Shown: positions 1 to 10,009, counted from the first letter of the stretch. The stretch: 64,000 bases of DNA from an uncultured Bdellovibrionales bacterium (GCA_964579335.1 CAZOFS010000002.1:9581-73580); one strand, 5' to 3'. Notes: generated by a model from the sequence alone, not told the origin. Numbers and translations: made by a program.

Positions 1-313
1 CACTGGAAGTTTTGGGGGGCGTTACCATGTCCTCGGCGGGGTGCTCGAAGGATCGGGAGATGCTCGGGAAGGCGAGCTCCATACTCGTGAACTCCTCACC
101 AGAATCGAGACTGAAGAGATCCAAGAAGTAATTCTCGCCCTCAATCCAACGACCGAAGGTGACCTCACTTCACTTTTCCTCAAAACCAAACTCAAGGATC
201 TCCCCGTCAAAGTCACCCGCATTGCAAGAGGTATGGCGACTGGTGGCGATATCGAATACGCCGACGAGCTTACCCTCTCCTCATCCCTTGAAAACCGCAA
301 GGAACTACTTTAG
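1..313 (+). CDS. recR: Recombination mediator RecR, C-terminal part (5' end outside window)
   Basis: EVILALNPTTEGDLT...KVTRIARGMATGGDIEYADELTL matches the RecR Toprim/C-terminal motif. Confidence 0.95.
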   Translation, partial: TGSFGGRYHVLGGVLEGSGDAREGELHTRELLTRIETEEIQEVILALNPTTEGDLTSLFLKTKLKDLPVKVTRIARGMATGGDIEYADELTLSSSLENRKELL

Positions 314-331
314 GATTTATTTTTTGACATT

Positions 332-913
332 ATGAAAAATGCAATTTTGGTGCCTGGCAGACCTGATAAAGAAGAGTATTACAACCCAAGGTATCCGACC
401 AATAGCCATGGCCATTGGTTTCCTTGGTTATCAAAGCAATTGCAGGTCAATGACGTGTTTGCGGTCGTTCTCGAGATACCAGAGCCCTATGCCCCGCGTT
501 ATCATGTATGGAAACGAGAGTTTGAGAGATTCGATGTAACCCCAGAGACAGTACTGGTCGGGCATAGCTGCGGCGGCGGTTTTCTGATTCGTTGGCTAAG
601 CGAGAATAAAGACAGAGAGGTGGGGAAGGTAGTATTGGTGGCTCCCTGGATCAATCCAGAAAATAATCCCATATCAGATACAGCCGACTTTTTTGATTTT
701 GAAATAGATCCAGATCTCGTGAGCCGCACGGCTGGCGTGACTATTTTCAATTCTGACAATGACCAAGCAACCATCCAACAGTCGGTACAGATAATCAGAG
801 AGAAAGTGAAAGGGATTGACTATCGAGAGTTCCATAACAAAGGACATTTCTGTTACGAAGACTTAAAGACCGTCGAGTTCCCGGAATTGGTTGAGGAAAT
901 TTTTAAAGCGTAA
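332..913 (+). CDS. RBBP9/YdeN-family alpha/beta hydrolase
   Basis: HWFPWL, GHSCGG nucleophile elbow, VLVAP, SDND, GHF. Confidence 0.85.
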   Translation: MKNAILVPGRPDKEEYYNPRYPTNSHGHWFPWLSKQLQVNDVFAVVLEIPEPYAPRYHVWKREFERFDVTPETVLVGHSCGGGFLIRWLSENKDREVGKVVLVAPWINPENNPISDTADFFDFEIDPDLVSRTAGVTIFNSDNDQATIQQSVQIIREKVKGIDYREFHNKGHFCYEDLKTVEFPELVEEIFKA

Positions 914-915
914 AG

Positions 916-943
916 AAAACCCGCCACCAGGGCGGGATTTTTT
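916..943. terminator. Bidirectional intrinsic terminator
   Basis: AAAACCCGCC-accag-GGCGGGATTTTTT between convergent genes. Confidence 0.8.
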
Positions 944-958
944 ATTGATGCAGTATTT

Positions 959-1264
959 CTAGGCACCAATCTTGGTAATTTCTACTTCGGTGTAGGTCTG
1001 GCGATGGCCATAACGAGTCATTTGGCGCTTTTTGGCCTTGTGGCGAATACCTTTGACTTCCTCATGTTTCCCATGAGCGAGTACTTTGGCTTCGATAGTG
1101 GTTTTGAGTTCGGGAGCACCGACTTGGACCGACTGTTCGTCACCGACGAAGAGAGCTGGGAACGATACCTTGCCCCCCACCTCAGCTTCGAGCTTCTCTA
1201 CCTTAAGTTTGGTGCCGAGTGCCACCTGATACTGTTTCCCACCGGTCTGAATAATAGCAATCAT
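959..1264 (-). CDS. rplU: 50S ribosomal protein L21
   Basis: AIIQTGGKQYQV...GHRQTYTEVEITKI. Confidence 0.97.
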   Translation of the reverse strand: MIAIIQTGGKQYQVALGTKLKVEKLEAEVGGKVSFPALFVGDEQSVQVGAPELKTTIEAKVLAHGKHEEVKGIRHKAKKRQMTRYGHRQTYTEVEITKIGA

Positions 1265-1284
1265 AGGTTTTTTGATACTTGAGT

Positions 1285-1313
1285 ACTCTAGCGTACCCCG
1301 GCTTTTTTGTCAA
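1285..1313 (-). promoter_or_regulatory. sigma70-type promoter of rplU
   Basis: TTGACA-17 nt-TAGAGT on the minus strand. Confidence 0.6.
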
Positions 1314-1346
1314 TTTGAAGGCTTAATCCAGCCTCACTTGCCACTC

Positions 1347-1375
1347 TTGACGTTTTATGCCTTTAGGAGTATAAT
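1347..1375 (+). promoter_or_regulatory. sigma70-type promoter of orphan gene 1501-1965
   Basis: TTGACG-17 nt-TATAAT. Confidence 0.75.
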
Positions 1376-1500
1376 GCTATTTCAGCTATTTTAACAACTA
1401 AAGCCAGCTGATTTTGAATTCGCGCCTGTGGAGCATATAATTTGTAGTGGGTCGTCTTCCCCAGGGAAGACACACACAACAACTCTCCAGAGGGGCCGCA

Positions 1501-1965
1501 ATGCAAGTTCTAGATACCGACAAGAAAGCAACAGGAATCTGGAGTTACATCCGAACCCAAATTGATCGGGTGATTTCCTACCGCTTCCGGGCCATGCCTA
1601 GGTCCTACCAGCGCTTCGAGCGCGGACAGATAGTTCACTACCTCCCCGAGGTAGCAGAAGAAGTTGTCATGGACTCAGGTGGTTATCAACTCGTCGTAAT
1701 GGATGATGACCATGACCTAATCGTGATGGGGGAGAACACGAGTGCGCGGCGTTACTGCCCCGCAAGTATCCCCGACGACGATGAGAGGTTTGTCTTCTGT
1801 CGTGTCCTCGCGACTGGTAAGCGAGTGCGCATTTCGCGCGAACTTCTTACCGCCACTGGAGAACAATTGAGTCAAGAGGTAGTCGATGACCTCCTGTTTG
1901 GGTGGACCGGAAAGAGGTCAAGTCTGGATCACCCACTCGCGCATCTCATGCAGGTGCAAGAGTAG
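1501..1965 (+). CDS. Hypothetical protein (stand-alone unit, SD-led)
   Basis: ORF with GAGGGG upstream of ATG 1501, its own promoter and a downstream hairpin; no family recognised. Confidence 0.65.
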   Translation: MQVLDTDKKATGIWSYIRTQIDRVISYRFRAMPRSYQRFERGQIVHYLPEVAEEVVMDSGGYQLVVMDDDHDLIVMGENTSARRYCPASIPDDDERFVFCRVLATGKRVRISRELLTATGEQLSQEVVDDLLFGWTGKRSSLDHPLAHLMQVQE

Positions 1966-1988
1966 ATGTAGATAACATCGCCTGTATT

Positions 1989-2030
1989 AGCCCGTATGGT
2001 TAACCACACCATGCGGGCTGCATCATTTTT
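1989..2030 (+). terminator. Hairpin terminator
   Basis: AGCCCGTATGGT...ACCATGCGGGCT followed by a T tract. Confidence 0.65.
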
Positions 2031-2046
2031 ACACCTTATTTTTGTA

Positions 2047-3816
2047 CTATCTCTCTAGTACCGCTTTGATACGACGGACACCGGCAGAAGAGGCTTCTTC
2101 TTTGATAATCTTGAAGCGACCAAAGGCGGCTATTTCGCTGGTATTCCCGACATGCGGCCCACCGCAGAGTTCTTGTGAGTAGACTTTTTCTCTGCTCGCG
2201 ACTTGGTAGACATTCACTTTGTCCGGATACTTTTCCCAAAAACTTCCCTCAACTCCCTGAGCTTTGGCCTCATCTTTGCCCATGAGCGTGATGGAGACGT
2301 TTGCTTGGGCTTGAATGGCTTCATTGACATAGCCCTCGACTCGATCGAGTACTTCACGCGGAACCTTTTCGGGATAGGTAAAATCAAACCGGGTACGCTC
2401 CTCGGTGATATTGGACCCCGCCTGATGGACACCATCGCCTAGTTCTTTCCGAAGAGCTGCGAGCATGAGGTGGGTCGCGGTGTGGTAGGCAGTAATTTTT
2501 GGACTTGTCCCCCCGAGACCGCCCTTGAACTTACCAGCTGCGGCTGTGCGTGAGAGGTCTTGGTGTTTTTTGAATTCAGCCCGAAAGGCTTCCGTATCGA
2601 TACCAATTGCTCTTTCCTTGGCCAATTCTTGCGTCATTTCAAGCGGGAAGCCATAGGTAGAAAAAAGATCAAAAGCATCCTCCCCCGAGAGATTTCCTGC
2701 TGTAACCCGTCGTTCAAATTCCTTCAGACCTTTAGTAAGGGTCGTGCGAAATTTCGTTTCTTCGCGATTGAGCTCTTCGATGGTTACGGCTTTGCGTTCT
2801 TTGATGCTTGCATATACATCCTCAAACTTCTCAATGAAGCGTTCGGCAATGGAAGCGATAACCGGCTCGTCCATACCCATCTTGGAAAACTCTCGAATAG
2901 CCCGACGAATGAGGCGCCGGAGGATATAGCCCTGGTCGACATTTTTGGGTACGACACCATCGGCGATCATATGGACAGCGGCTCGGAGGTGATCGGCAAT
3001 AATCCGCGCGGAGCGTTCCTGATAGTTTTCTTTTCCTACCCGCTCTTCGATCAATGCAAGTACATCGGCAAAAGCATCGGTTTCATAGACATGACGGAGG
3101 CCATTGAGCGTGACGATAGTGCGTTCGAGCCCCATCCCCGTATCGACACAGGGCACTGGGAGCTTGTCGAGCGTCGCTTGATCCACTCGATTGTACTGCA
3201 TAAAGACATTGTTCCAGATCTCCATCCACTGTTTGGGGTGTGTGCCTTTGTTCCCCTGGGGCTCGCCCTCCCCTACCCAGTAGAAAATCTCGGTATCGGG
3301 ACCACAGGGGCCAGTCGGACCAGCTGCCCACCAATTGTCTTCGGCTGGGAGATAGGCGATTGCGTCTTCTGGAACACCGAGTGATTTCCAGATGGCTGCG
3401 GATTCCTCATCTCGTGGAGCATTGGCATCACCTTCAAAGACCGTAACCGAGAGCATAGCAGGGTCAAGTCCGAGCCATTCCTTACTCGTGAGAAATTCCC
3501 AAGACCACTGAATCGATTCTTGCTTAAAATAATCACCAAGTGACCAATTGCCAAGCATTTCAAAAAAGGTGAGATGTGTATCGTCCCCGACATCATCGAT
3601 ATCACCGGTCCGAACACATTTTTGCACGTCAGCGATGCGTTTCCCCATCGGATGGGGTTTCCCGAGGAGGTATGGGACCAAGGGCTGCATGCCAGCAGTG
3701 TTAAAAAGTACCGACGGGTCATTTTCGGGAACAAGTGGGGCTGAAGGAATGATGGCATGGCCACGCTCTTGGAAGAAAGCGAGGTATTTCTGGCGGAGTT
3801 CAGCAGAAGTCAGCAT
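2047..3816 (-). CDS. alaS: Alanine-tRNA ligase, short form lacking the C-Ala domain
   Basis: LFNTAGMQP, TFFEMLGN, DTGMGLER, HTATH and ELCGGPH editing motifs; ends right after SAGVRRI. Confidence 0.97.
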   Translation of the reverse strand: MLTSAELRQKYLAFFQERGHAIIPSAPLVPENDPSVLFNTAGMQPLVPYLLGKPHPMGKRIADVQKCVRTGDIDDVGDDTHLTFFEMLGNWSLGDYFKQESIQWSWEFLTSKEWLGLDPAMLSVTVFEGDANAPRDEESAAIWKSLGVPEDAIAYLPAEDNWWAAGPTGPCGPDTEIFYWVGEGEPQGNKGTHPKQWMEIWNNVFMQYNRVDQATLDKLPVPCVDTGMGLERTIVTLNGLRHVYETDAFADVLALIEERVGKENYQERSARIIADHLRAAVHMIADGVVPKNVDQGYILRRLIRRAIREFSKMGMDEPVIASIAERFIEKFEDVYASIKERKAVTIEELNREETKFRTTLTKGLKEFERRVTAGNLSGEDAFDLFSTYGFPLEMTQELAKERAIGIDTEAFRAEFKKHQDLSRTAAAGKFKGGLGGTSPKITAYHTATHLMLAALRKELGDGVHQAGSNITEERTRFDFTYPEKVPREVLDRVEGYVNEAIQAQANVSITLMGKDEAKAQGVEGSFWEKYPDKVNVYQVASREKVYSQELCGGPHVGNTSEIAAFGRFKIIKEEASSAGVRRIKAVLER

Positions 3817-3827
3817 AGGAAGTATAT

Positions 3828-4046
3828 TTAGCGTAAAGCTCGCTCGAGCGTTTCTCGGAGGGCGCGGCCCACAAATGGATGGAACATTGAGACAATATCT
3901 TCCACTGTCTCACTTGGCTCACACTCGCCCCGAGCTACTTTTCTCGCCAAGGCACTGAGCTTAGACTCATGAGAGGCCTGAATCCGAATGTCCTTTTCTG
4001 TAGCGAGTATACCCTTCACGGTACGAAGATAGGTGTCCTGGGTCAT
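3828..4046 (-). CDS. Small hypothetical protein
   Basis: 72 aa ORF packed between neighbours, ATGA overlap with the upstream gene. Confidence 0.6.
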   Translation of the reverse strand: MTQDTYLRTVKGILATEKDIRIQASHESKLSALARKVARGECEPSETVEDIVSMFHPFVGRALRETLERALR

Positions 4047-4312
4047 AGGAGACGAAGTTTTTTCTTGGCGGTATTTACTTCGGTTTCTTGTTCGAGTATT
4101 TTGGCTTCGAGGGTGTGGAGTGCATTCTCCTCCTCCTCGACCTGTTGCTCGAGTTGGTGTAGTTTCTGACGGAGACCCCTGAGTAGTACAACGTGTTCGT
4201 CACGACGGCGAACAAGATGGGTGTGATCAGCCTCGAGAGAGAATAAAGTACTCTCGAGCTGACGCCGCTCGAGACGACGACTAGCTTCATCAGTAGTAGC
4301 TGTAAGCGACAT
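4043..4312 (-). CDS. Small coiled-coil hypothetical protein
   Basis: Heptad-rich L/E/Q/R sequence; coupled to the downstream ORF. Confidence 0.65.
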   Translation of the reverse strand: MSLTATTDEASRRLERRQLESTLFSLEADHTHLVRRRDEHVVLLRGLRQKLHQLEQQVEEEENALHTLEAKILEQETEVNTAKKKLRLL

Positions 4313-4384
4313 AAGCAAGGGAAAGTAAAAACTCGAAACAGGTGGTTAGTATAGCAACTTTTTTCCAGCCAATCAAGGGATGAT

Positions 4385-6373
4385 TTACTCTATCGTGACC
4401 GTCACTCGAGCCTCGTCGCTTGGTATAGTACTAATGAAGAGCTGTGGTTGGAACTCAACCTGGAGACGCTCTACCTCTGGATGATCCTTGAGGAAATCTT
4501 TCATCCCCTCTTCATTTAGTCCAAGCAGAGTAGACTTGAGCTTGGCCCCATCCAAAGGAGCCTGGAAACGCACCGTGTTCTCGACGGTCATATCGATCCG
4601 CCCGCTCTCATACTTGGGTAAGAGTGATACATACTGAGTAGTATAGTCAACGGGAACGAGGGTTACCGACTCCATCTGCACTCGCTCCTTTTCAATCCGC
4701 TCATTGATACTCTTGGGATTAAGAGCAAAGACCTTGGCTTCAAAGCGGGCTTCGTAATCAAATTGCTCGGCCGATGCACCAAGGAGAGGTGTACTCGTCC
4801 CACTCTTTTCCACAAGCTCGAGGGATTCATCAATAAGGATTTCATCCGTCTGCAGCAGTCGCTTCGCCTCTTCGAGAGCGTGACTTCTCGCTTCGTCCAG
4901 CGCTTTTTTTCTAGCCTTCTCAATATCAGTTTGACCGACCACCTTTTTACCAGTAGTACCTCCCGGGGCACTACCTCCAGTAAAGGCTTGGACTATCTCA
5001 GCGCTAAACTTCTCATACTTGGCACTTCCCTTGAAGCCTGGAATAGTGAAGGTGGCTGAGCCAAGATTGTAGTCAGCTCCAGACTGATCAGCCACGACCA
5101 CAGCCTCAACCACGCCTGGTAGAGACTTTCCGTCCTGCTCTTTGGTACCAGGTACCACCAGTGAATCAACGAGACGGTATACTTTACCCTCTTTGGTTTC
5201 AAACCGAGTGGTAGCGACGAGAGGCTGAGGAGTCGAGCTAAAGGTATTGGAGATGCGAATTCTTCCTCGAGCTTTGGTAGCTTCGGTCCCCGAAGTCTCG
5301 CTCGTAGCTATTTCACTCACGCGAACTGTTTTTTCTAAGGAAAGCATTCGAACCGGGATACTGTCAGTATTTGTCGTAGTTTCCGTCAAACCAGTAATTT
5401 GGAAACGGACTATTTGCTCAGCAGTCTGAGGCTTGAGGATAATATTGGCTTTAGGAAAGAGAATATACCAACCACCAGCAATAAGAAGCACAATAAAAAT
5501 ACCAAGAGGAATCAATGTCAACCAACCAGCATGTGATCGAGGCGATGTCGACAAAGGGTGCGATCCTCTATATACCTCTTTTGATGACTGCGTGAGGGGT
5601 GTTGGTACATTGCCCGCACCACCCATAAAGCGACTGAGGCGAGCCCTAGCCGCTTCTTTCTCTAGTTGCCCTTGCTCGGTTTGAATTGGCATTGATGGTC
5701 TCGTCACTACGGGCATCGGGAGAGCTGGACCTCGAGGAGCGGTGGTTACCGACTGAGGCATTTGATCTACTGAAGCAAATTTTGATCTCGGTGGCCGAAC
5801 ATCTCCTCGGAGAGAATTGAGGCTCGTAAGTGGAGCTGGGCTTGCATTTCTTACCCGAAGTGGCTGGGGTTGATTTTCTCTTGGTGGATTGGGTGCTATT
5901 TCCTGAATCCTCCCAGATACTTCAGGGCGTACTAATGGACGAGTTGAAGCATTAGTCTGTTTACGTGATTGAGTGGCCGCAAAAAAATCATCACTCCCAA
6001 TATCAGTTGAGCGAGGTTGCTCTTTGGGCCGTATGCTCACCTCTGGAAGAGGCATAGGATCAGCACCCGGCTCTACTACAAAACGTGAGTTTCCAACAGC
6101 TGTTTGCTCCTGAAAGTTTTGGTCTTGATACGCTTCAATCCTGAGACCAGCTCTTTCTGCAAGTTTCTTGCCTATCTCATCCTGGCTCACAACAATAATT
6201 TGTTTACCGAGTTTGCGAGCTTCTCGTTCGAGAAGACGGAGATTGACAATACTCTGGAGAATGAGAGCTCGCTTAGGGAAAATAAAGACGTTCTCTGTTT
6301 GGCCTGACTGGCGCAAGCGACTGACGGCCGAGATAATTTCTTCGTCAATATCGATATAATGGCTCTCGCGCAT
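4385..6373 (-). CDS. Bitopic membrane protein with an extracellular baseplate-J-like region
   Basis: N-terminal globular domain, Pro/Ser/Gln-rich linker, one TM helix (WLTLIPLGIFIVLLIAGGWYILFP), then KARGRIRISN...LVATTRF...VVADQSGADYN...FTGG resembling baseplate J/gp47-like domains. Confidence 0.7.
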   Translation of the reverse strand: MRESHYIDIDEEIISAVSRLRQSGQTENVFIFPKRALILQSIVNLRLLEREARKLGKQIIVVSQDEIGKKLAERAGLRIEAYQDQNFQEQTAVGNSRFVVEPGADPMPLPEVSIRPKEQPRSTDIGSDDFFAATQSRKQTNASTRPLVRPEVSGRIQEIAPNPPRENQPQPLRVRNASPAPLTSLNSLRGDVRPPRSKFASVDQMPQSVTTAPRGPALPMPVVTRPSMPIQTEQGQLEKEAARARLSRFMGGAGNVPTPLTQSSKEVYRGSHPLSTSPRSHAGWLTLIPLGIFIVLLIAGGWYILFPKANIILKPQTAEQIVRFQITGLTETTTNTDSIPVRMLSLEKTVRVSEIATSETSGTEATKARGRIRISNTFSSTPQPLVATTRFETKEGKVYRLVDSLVVPGTKEQDGKSLPGVVEAVVVADQSGADYNLGSATFTIPGFKGSAKYEKFSAEIVQAFTGGSAPGGTTGKKVVGQTDIEKARKKALDEARSHALEEAKRLLQTDEILIDESLELVEKSGTSTPLLGASAEQFDYEARFEAKVFALNPKSINERIEKERVQMESVTLVPVDYTTQYVSLLPKYESGRIDMTVENTVRFQAPLDGAKLKSTLLGLNEEGMKDFLKDHPEVERLQVEFQPQLFISTIPSDEARVTVTIE

Positions 6374-6379
6374 AGAATT

Positions 6380-7648
6380 TTATTTTTGTTGAAGTGAATG
6401 CATACTTTCTTGAAGGATACCCGCGAGCATTTTCTCTTCTTCGAGGGCATCAACAAGTGCCAGATGAGCCAGTCCCAAGGGTGTGACATCTTGAGGAGTT
6501 ACGAGCTCACCGGTAGTGTCGGTAATTCGGACAATATCTTTGGGTTGGAGAAAACCTACTTCAGGTGGGCGGGCAAAGGGAAGGTGTTTGGACCACTCCT
6601 CGGAGAGGAGGGTTTGTTTGATACCAGGAAGAGCCGAGCCTCCGCCACAGAGAAATATCTTGGATGGGAGGAAGTCTGTTTCAGCAAATTCAAGTAAGGA
6701 GAGTTCTACACCACCAAGCCACACCCGGCAATCATCGGTAAATAGTGTTGCGATACGAAGCTGATCTTCTTCCTTGAGGCGCTTAGCTGAATAGTCAAGC
6801 TTCATTTGCTCCGCCTGTTCATATTTGATCCCATATTCAGTGGCAATCCGCTTGGTAAAGGCTCGGCCACCAAGGGCAAACATTTTGGTACCCTCGAGTC
6901 CGCCATTTCTTACTACCGCGATATCGGTAGTACCCCCGCCAATATCAATAAAAATAGCACTAAAGTCGAGCATGTCTTCAACCTCAACTGAACGAGCGAC
7001 GGCGTACGGCTCTGCGACAATCGAGAGAAGATCGAGATCAAGTTCATCAGCAATCGTCTGGAGCGCCCCAAGGTGCACCATCGGTGCATAGGCATTGAAG
7101 ACACTCATCGAAACATCGCGTCCTTGGAAATTGTATGGGTTGAGAACATGATAGCCATCGATCCGTACATCAACCAGGGCGGCATTAATGAGTTTCACCT
7201 CGATATCAAGCTGATCTGTCTCCCAAGCGAGTTGTTTCTTGATCCGTTCGTAGGCCTTTTCCTGGACCTTACCGATAATCATTTTGAGTTCAGGGAGACC
7301 AATTTTGACTTCCGGATTGACTCGCTCATAGTGGACAGTCGTCGTTGTCCCTTTTACCAACTCCCCAGCGACACCGATAATACTTTTTTCAATTCGTTTG
7401 ACTTTAGCGTGCGCTTTGGCGAGATCGATCGCTTCACGGGCAGAGTGAATCACGCCGTTGATATCAGAGACAGCGCCACTCTGCATATTGCCTACTCGCT
7501 GGGGAGCTCGTCCAACCCCGATCACCTGACCCGTTTTGGTCTCTGGATCAACGCGAAAAATGAGGGCTTTGACTACCTCAGTGCCAATATCGAGAGCGAG
7601 GAGAAGATCATCTCGATTTCCCCAACCCAAACGCGAAAAAAAACTCAT
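6380..7648 (-). CDS. ftsA: FtsA-like actin-fold ATPase
   Basis: LALDIGTEVVK, AEPYA, IDIGGGTTD, LCGGGSALPG actin-fold motifs; no ftsZ adjacent. Confidence 0.75.
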   Translation of the reverse strand: MSFFSRLGWGNRDDLLLALDIGTEVVKALIFRVDPETKTGQVIGVGRAPQRVGNMQSGAVSDINGVIHSAREAIDLAKAHAKVKRIEKSIIGVAGELVKGTTTTVHYERVNPEVKIGLPELKMIIGKVQEKAYERIKKQLAWETDQLDIEVKLINAALVDVRIDGYHVLNPYNFQGRDVSMSVFNAYAPMVHLGALQTIADELDLDLLSIVAEPYAVARSVEVEDMLDFSAIFIDIGGGTTDIAVVRNGGLEGTKMFALGGRAFTKRIATEYGIKYEQAEQMKLDYSAKRLKEEDQLRIATLFTDDCRVWLGGVELSLLEFAETDFLPSKIFLCGGGSALPGIKQTLLSEEWSKHLPFARPPEVGFLQPKDIVRITDTTGELVTPQDVTPLGLAHLALVDALEEEKMLAGILQESMHSLQQK

Positions 7649-7681
7649 ACGGAGTTCACTTGTATATCCTCTAGTATAGCA

Positions 7682-8692
7682 TTAAACCAATCGGGTAGGT
7701 TTGACCTGACCAATAAACGAGAGCATGGTGGTTTCATCAAGGAGTCCCGGTGTGGCCCCGTAAAAACCAACAACATTGCCTGCATTGCAAATACCGTACT
7801 GGAGACAGGTTTCGAGCGGAAAACCCTTGAGATAGGCAGCGAAAAACCCCGACCCAAAAGCGTCCCCACCACCGGTAGTATCTACAAGCCCATGTGGTTC
7901 ATAGCTCAGAGCGTGCCACATCTCCTTACCGTTCGTCGTCCAGGCTCCTCGCTTGCCATCCGTGAGAGCAATCACACTAGGACCTTCATGGAGAAGTGTT
8001 TCGAGGAGAAAGCGCTCATCATTGAGGTGCTTAGATCGAGTCTCAAGTTTGTTTTTAAGAAGAAGTTCAATAGCCTCATCTTTGTTAAGAAACAAAACAT
8101 CAACTTCATGGAGAAAATCAAGCATCAACCGTGGATCATCCTTGAGATTATGTTGGCCTGGATTAAGGGCAATGTGTTGATGGTGTTTCTGTGCTGATTG
8201 ACGGAGCGTCATGAGATTGTCTCGCCAAGGACCATTGAGAGCACTGACATACAGCCAGTCTGTCTCACTGAGCTTCTGTTGAGTTACATGTAACTTTTCA
8301 TTGGCATCACGGTTGTGAAAAATAATTCGATCTCCCGTTTGAGCAATCACAATAATAGCTGAGAGATCTGATTTGACCGTCGGATCTTTTTCGAGTAAGT
8401 GAGTTTGTACGCCCTCTTGCTCGAGAGTAGTCTGGATACTCCGCCCCAGGTCATCATTCCCAATGTGACTATAACAAGCCACTTCGATTCCAAGCCGGGC
8501 CAAACCAACTGCCACATTGGCAGCGACCCCGCCAATAGACTCATAACGATTATCAGAACGGAATTTCCCCCCTAACTCAAAAGCAACCTTGACTTGAGCG
8601 GTGAGGTCTTCGGGCGTCTTCATGATCAAACCTTCATGAGTAGGGAAAAAAATGTCTCGTGAAACTGACCCAACGCAAGTCACTCGGCGCAT
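7682..8692 (-). CDS. PfkB-family carbohydrate kinase
   Basis: GGVAANVAVGLARLG and DTTGGGDAFGSG signatures. Confidence 0.92.
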   Translation of the reverse strand: MRRVTCVGSVSRDIFFPTHEGLIMKTPEDLTAQVKVAFELGGKFRSDNRYESIGGVAANVAVGLARLGIEVACYSHIGNDDLGRSIQTTLEQEGVQTHLLEKDPTVKSDLSAIIVIAQTGDRIIFHNRDANEKLHVTQQKLSETDWLYVSALNGPWRDNLMTLRQSAQKHHQHIALNPGQHNLKDDPRLMLDFLHEVDVLFLNKDEAIELLLKNKLETRSKHLNDERFLLETLLHEGPSVIALTDGKRGAWTTNGKEMWHALSYEPHGLVDTTGGGDAFGSGFFAAYLKGFPLETCLQYGICNAGNVVGFYGATPGLLDETTMLSFIGQVKPTRLV

Positions 8693-8727
8693 AGTTGTAT
8701 GTGTGTATTTGAAAAACTCGAGTTTAG

Positions 8728-9987
8728 TTATTGGCCAATGCTCTCAGCGATTACGAGGAGACGATTATATTTCACCAGACGTTCCCCTCGAGCTAATGAC
8801 CCTGTTTTGATGTACTCTGCCCCAGTCGCCACAGCCAAGTCAGCAATAAAGTCATCAGTCGTCTCACCCGAGCGATGTGAAATCACGGTCTTGAACGCAT
8901 GTTTCTGAGCAAGCATAATACAAGCCAAAGTTTCAGTGAGGGTACCGATCTGATTGACTTTAATTAAAACAGCGTTGCATGCTTTTTCATCGATAGCTTT
9001 CTGGAGTCGTTTAACATTGGTCACAAGGAGATCATCCCCTACGAGCATAATGCTCTGGCCAACTTTCTCGTTGAATTCTCGCCAACCCTGCCAATCCTCT
9101 TCATGGAAGGGGTCCTCGATGGAGACGAGTGGAAAACGAGTGGTCCATTCCCGATAGAGAGCAGCGAGCTCAGTGTATCCAAGAATAGCTTGCTCTGGCT
9201 CAAGCGCATACCGTGCATGTTCTCGGTCATAGAAAGAGTTAGCAGCGGCATCGATATCGAGTACGACGTCCTTCCCTGGTTCATAACCACTTTCACGGAT
9301 AGCCTGGACCAGGAGTTCGAAGGTTTGGGCATGGCCCTCAAGACGCGGAGCAAAGCCACCCTCATCACCAACATCGGTGGTATAGCCATTTTTCCGAAGG
9401 AGTGATTGGAGCGTGTGGAAAATTTCACTTCCCGCCCGTAGCTGCTCACGATAAGTTTTGATTCCAGCTGGGACAATTTTAAATTCTTGAACCGAGAGAC
9501 CTGAGTCAGCATGCTCTCCACCATTGATCACATTGAACATCGGGAGAGGGAATCCAGTAGTTTTCTTGAAGGTGCCAAGACGAGCTAAGTATACATAGAG
9601 CGGCTCATGGAGACTCATCGAAGCAGCTCGAGCTACAGCGAGCGATACGCCAAGCATAGCATTAGCCCCCAGTTTAGATTTATTCTCAGTCCCATCGAGG
9701 GCGAGCATGGCCTCGTCAATTTTTTTCTGCTCTGTTACCTCCATCCCAATGAGTACAGGGGCAATGAGGGTATGAATATGCTCCACAGCTTGTAGTACTC
9801 CCTTACCATGGTAACGCTTAGGATCACCATCACGGAGCTCGAGTGCCTCATGACTACCTGTTGAAGCGCCTGATGGTACCGAAGCAGTAGCTACCATGCC
9901 GTCTGAAAGGGTCACGGAAACTTCCACTGTAGGTTGCCCACGTGAATCAAGAATTTCTCGTGCTTGGATAGACTGGAGAGTAGTCAT
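8728..9987 (-). CDS. eno: Enolase
   Basis: REILDSRGQPTVEV, PSGASTG, GDEGGFAP, SHRSGET. Confidence 0.98.
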   Translation of the reverse strand: MTTLQSIQAREILDSRGQPTVEVSVTLSDGMVATASVPSGASTGSHEALELRDGDPKRYHGKGVLQAVEHIHTLIAPVLIGMEVTEQKKIDEAMLALDGTENKSKLGANAMLGVSLAVARAASMSLHEPLYVYLARLGTFKKTTGFPLPMFNVINGGEHADSGLSVQEFKIVPAGIKTYREQLRAGSEIFHTLQSLLRKNGYTTDVGDEGGFAPRLEGHAQTFELLVQAIRESGYEPGKDVVLDIDAAANSFYDREHARYALEPEQAILGYTELAALYREWTTRFPLVSIEDPFHEEDWQGWREFNEKVGQSIMLVGDDLLVTNVKRLQKAIDEKACNAVLIKVNQIGTLTETLACIMLAQKHAFKTVISHRSGETTDDFIADLAVATGAEYIKTGSLARGERLVKYNRLLVIAESIGQ

Positions 9988-10009
9988 AGAAACTATACAC
10001 TAAAAGAAA

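Noticed and set aside
4385-6373. Prophage or contractile injection system suggested by the baseplate-J-like domain
   Set aside because: There are no sheath, tube, spike or other tail genes, and the protein is membrane-anchored within a housekeeping operon.
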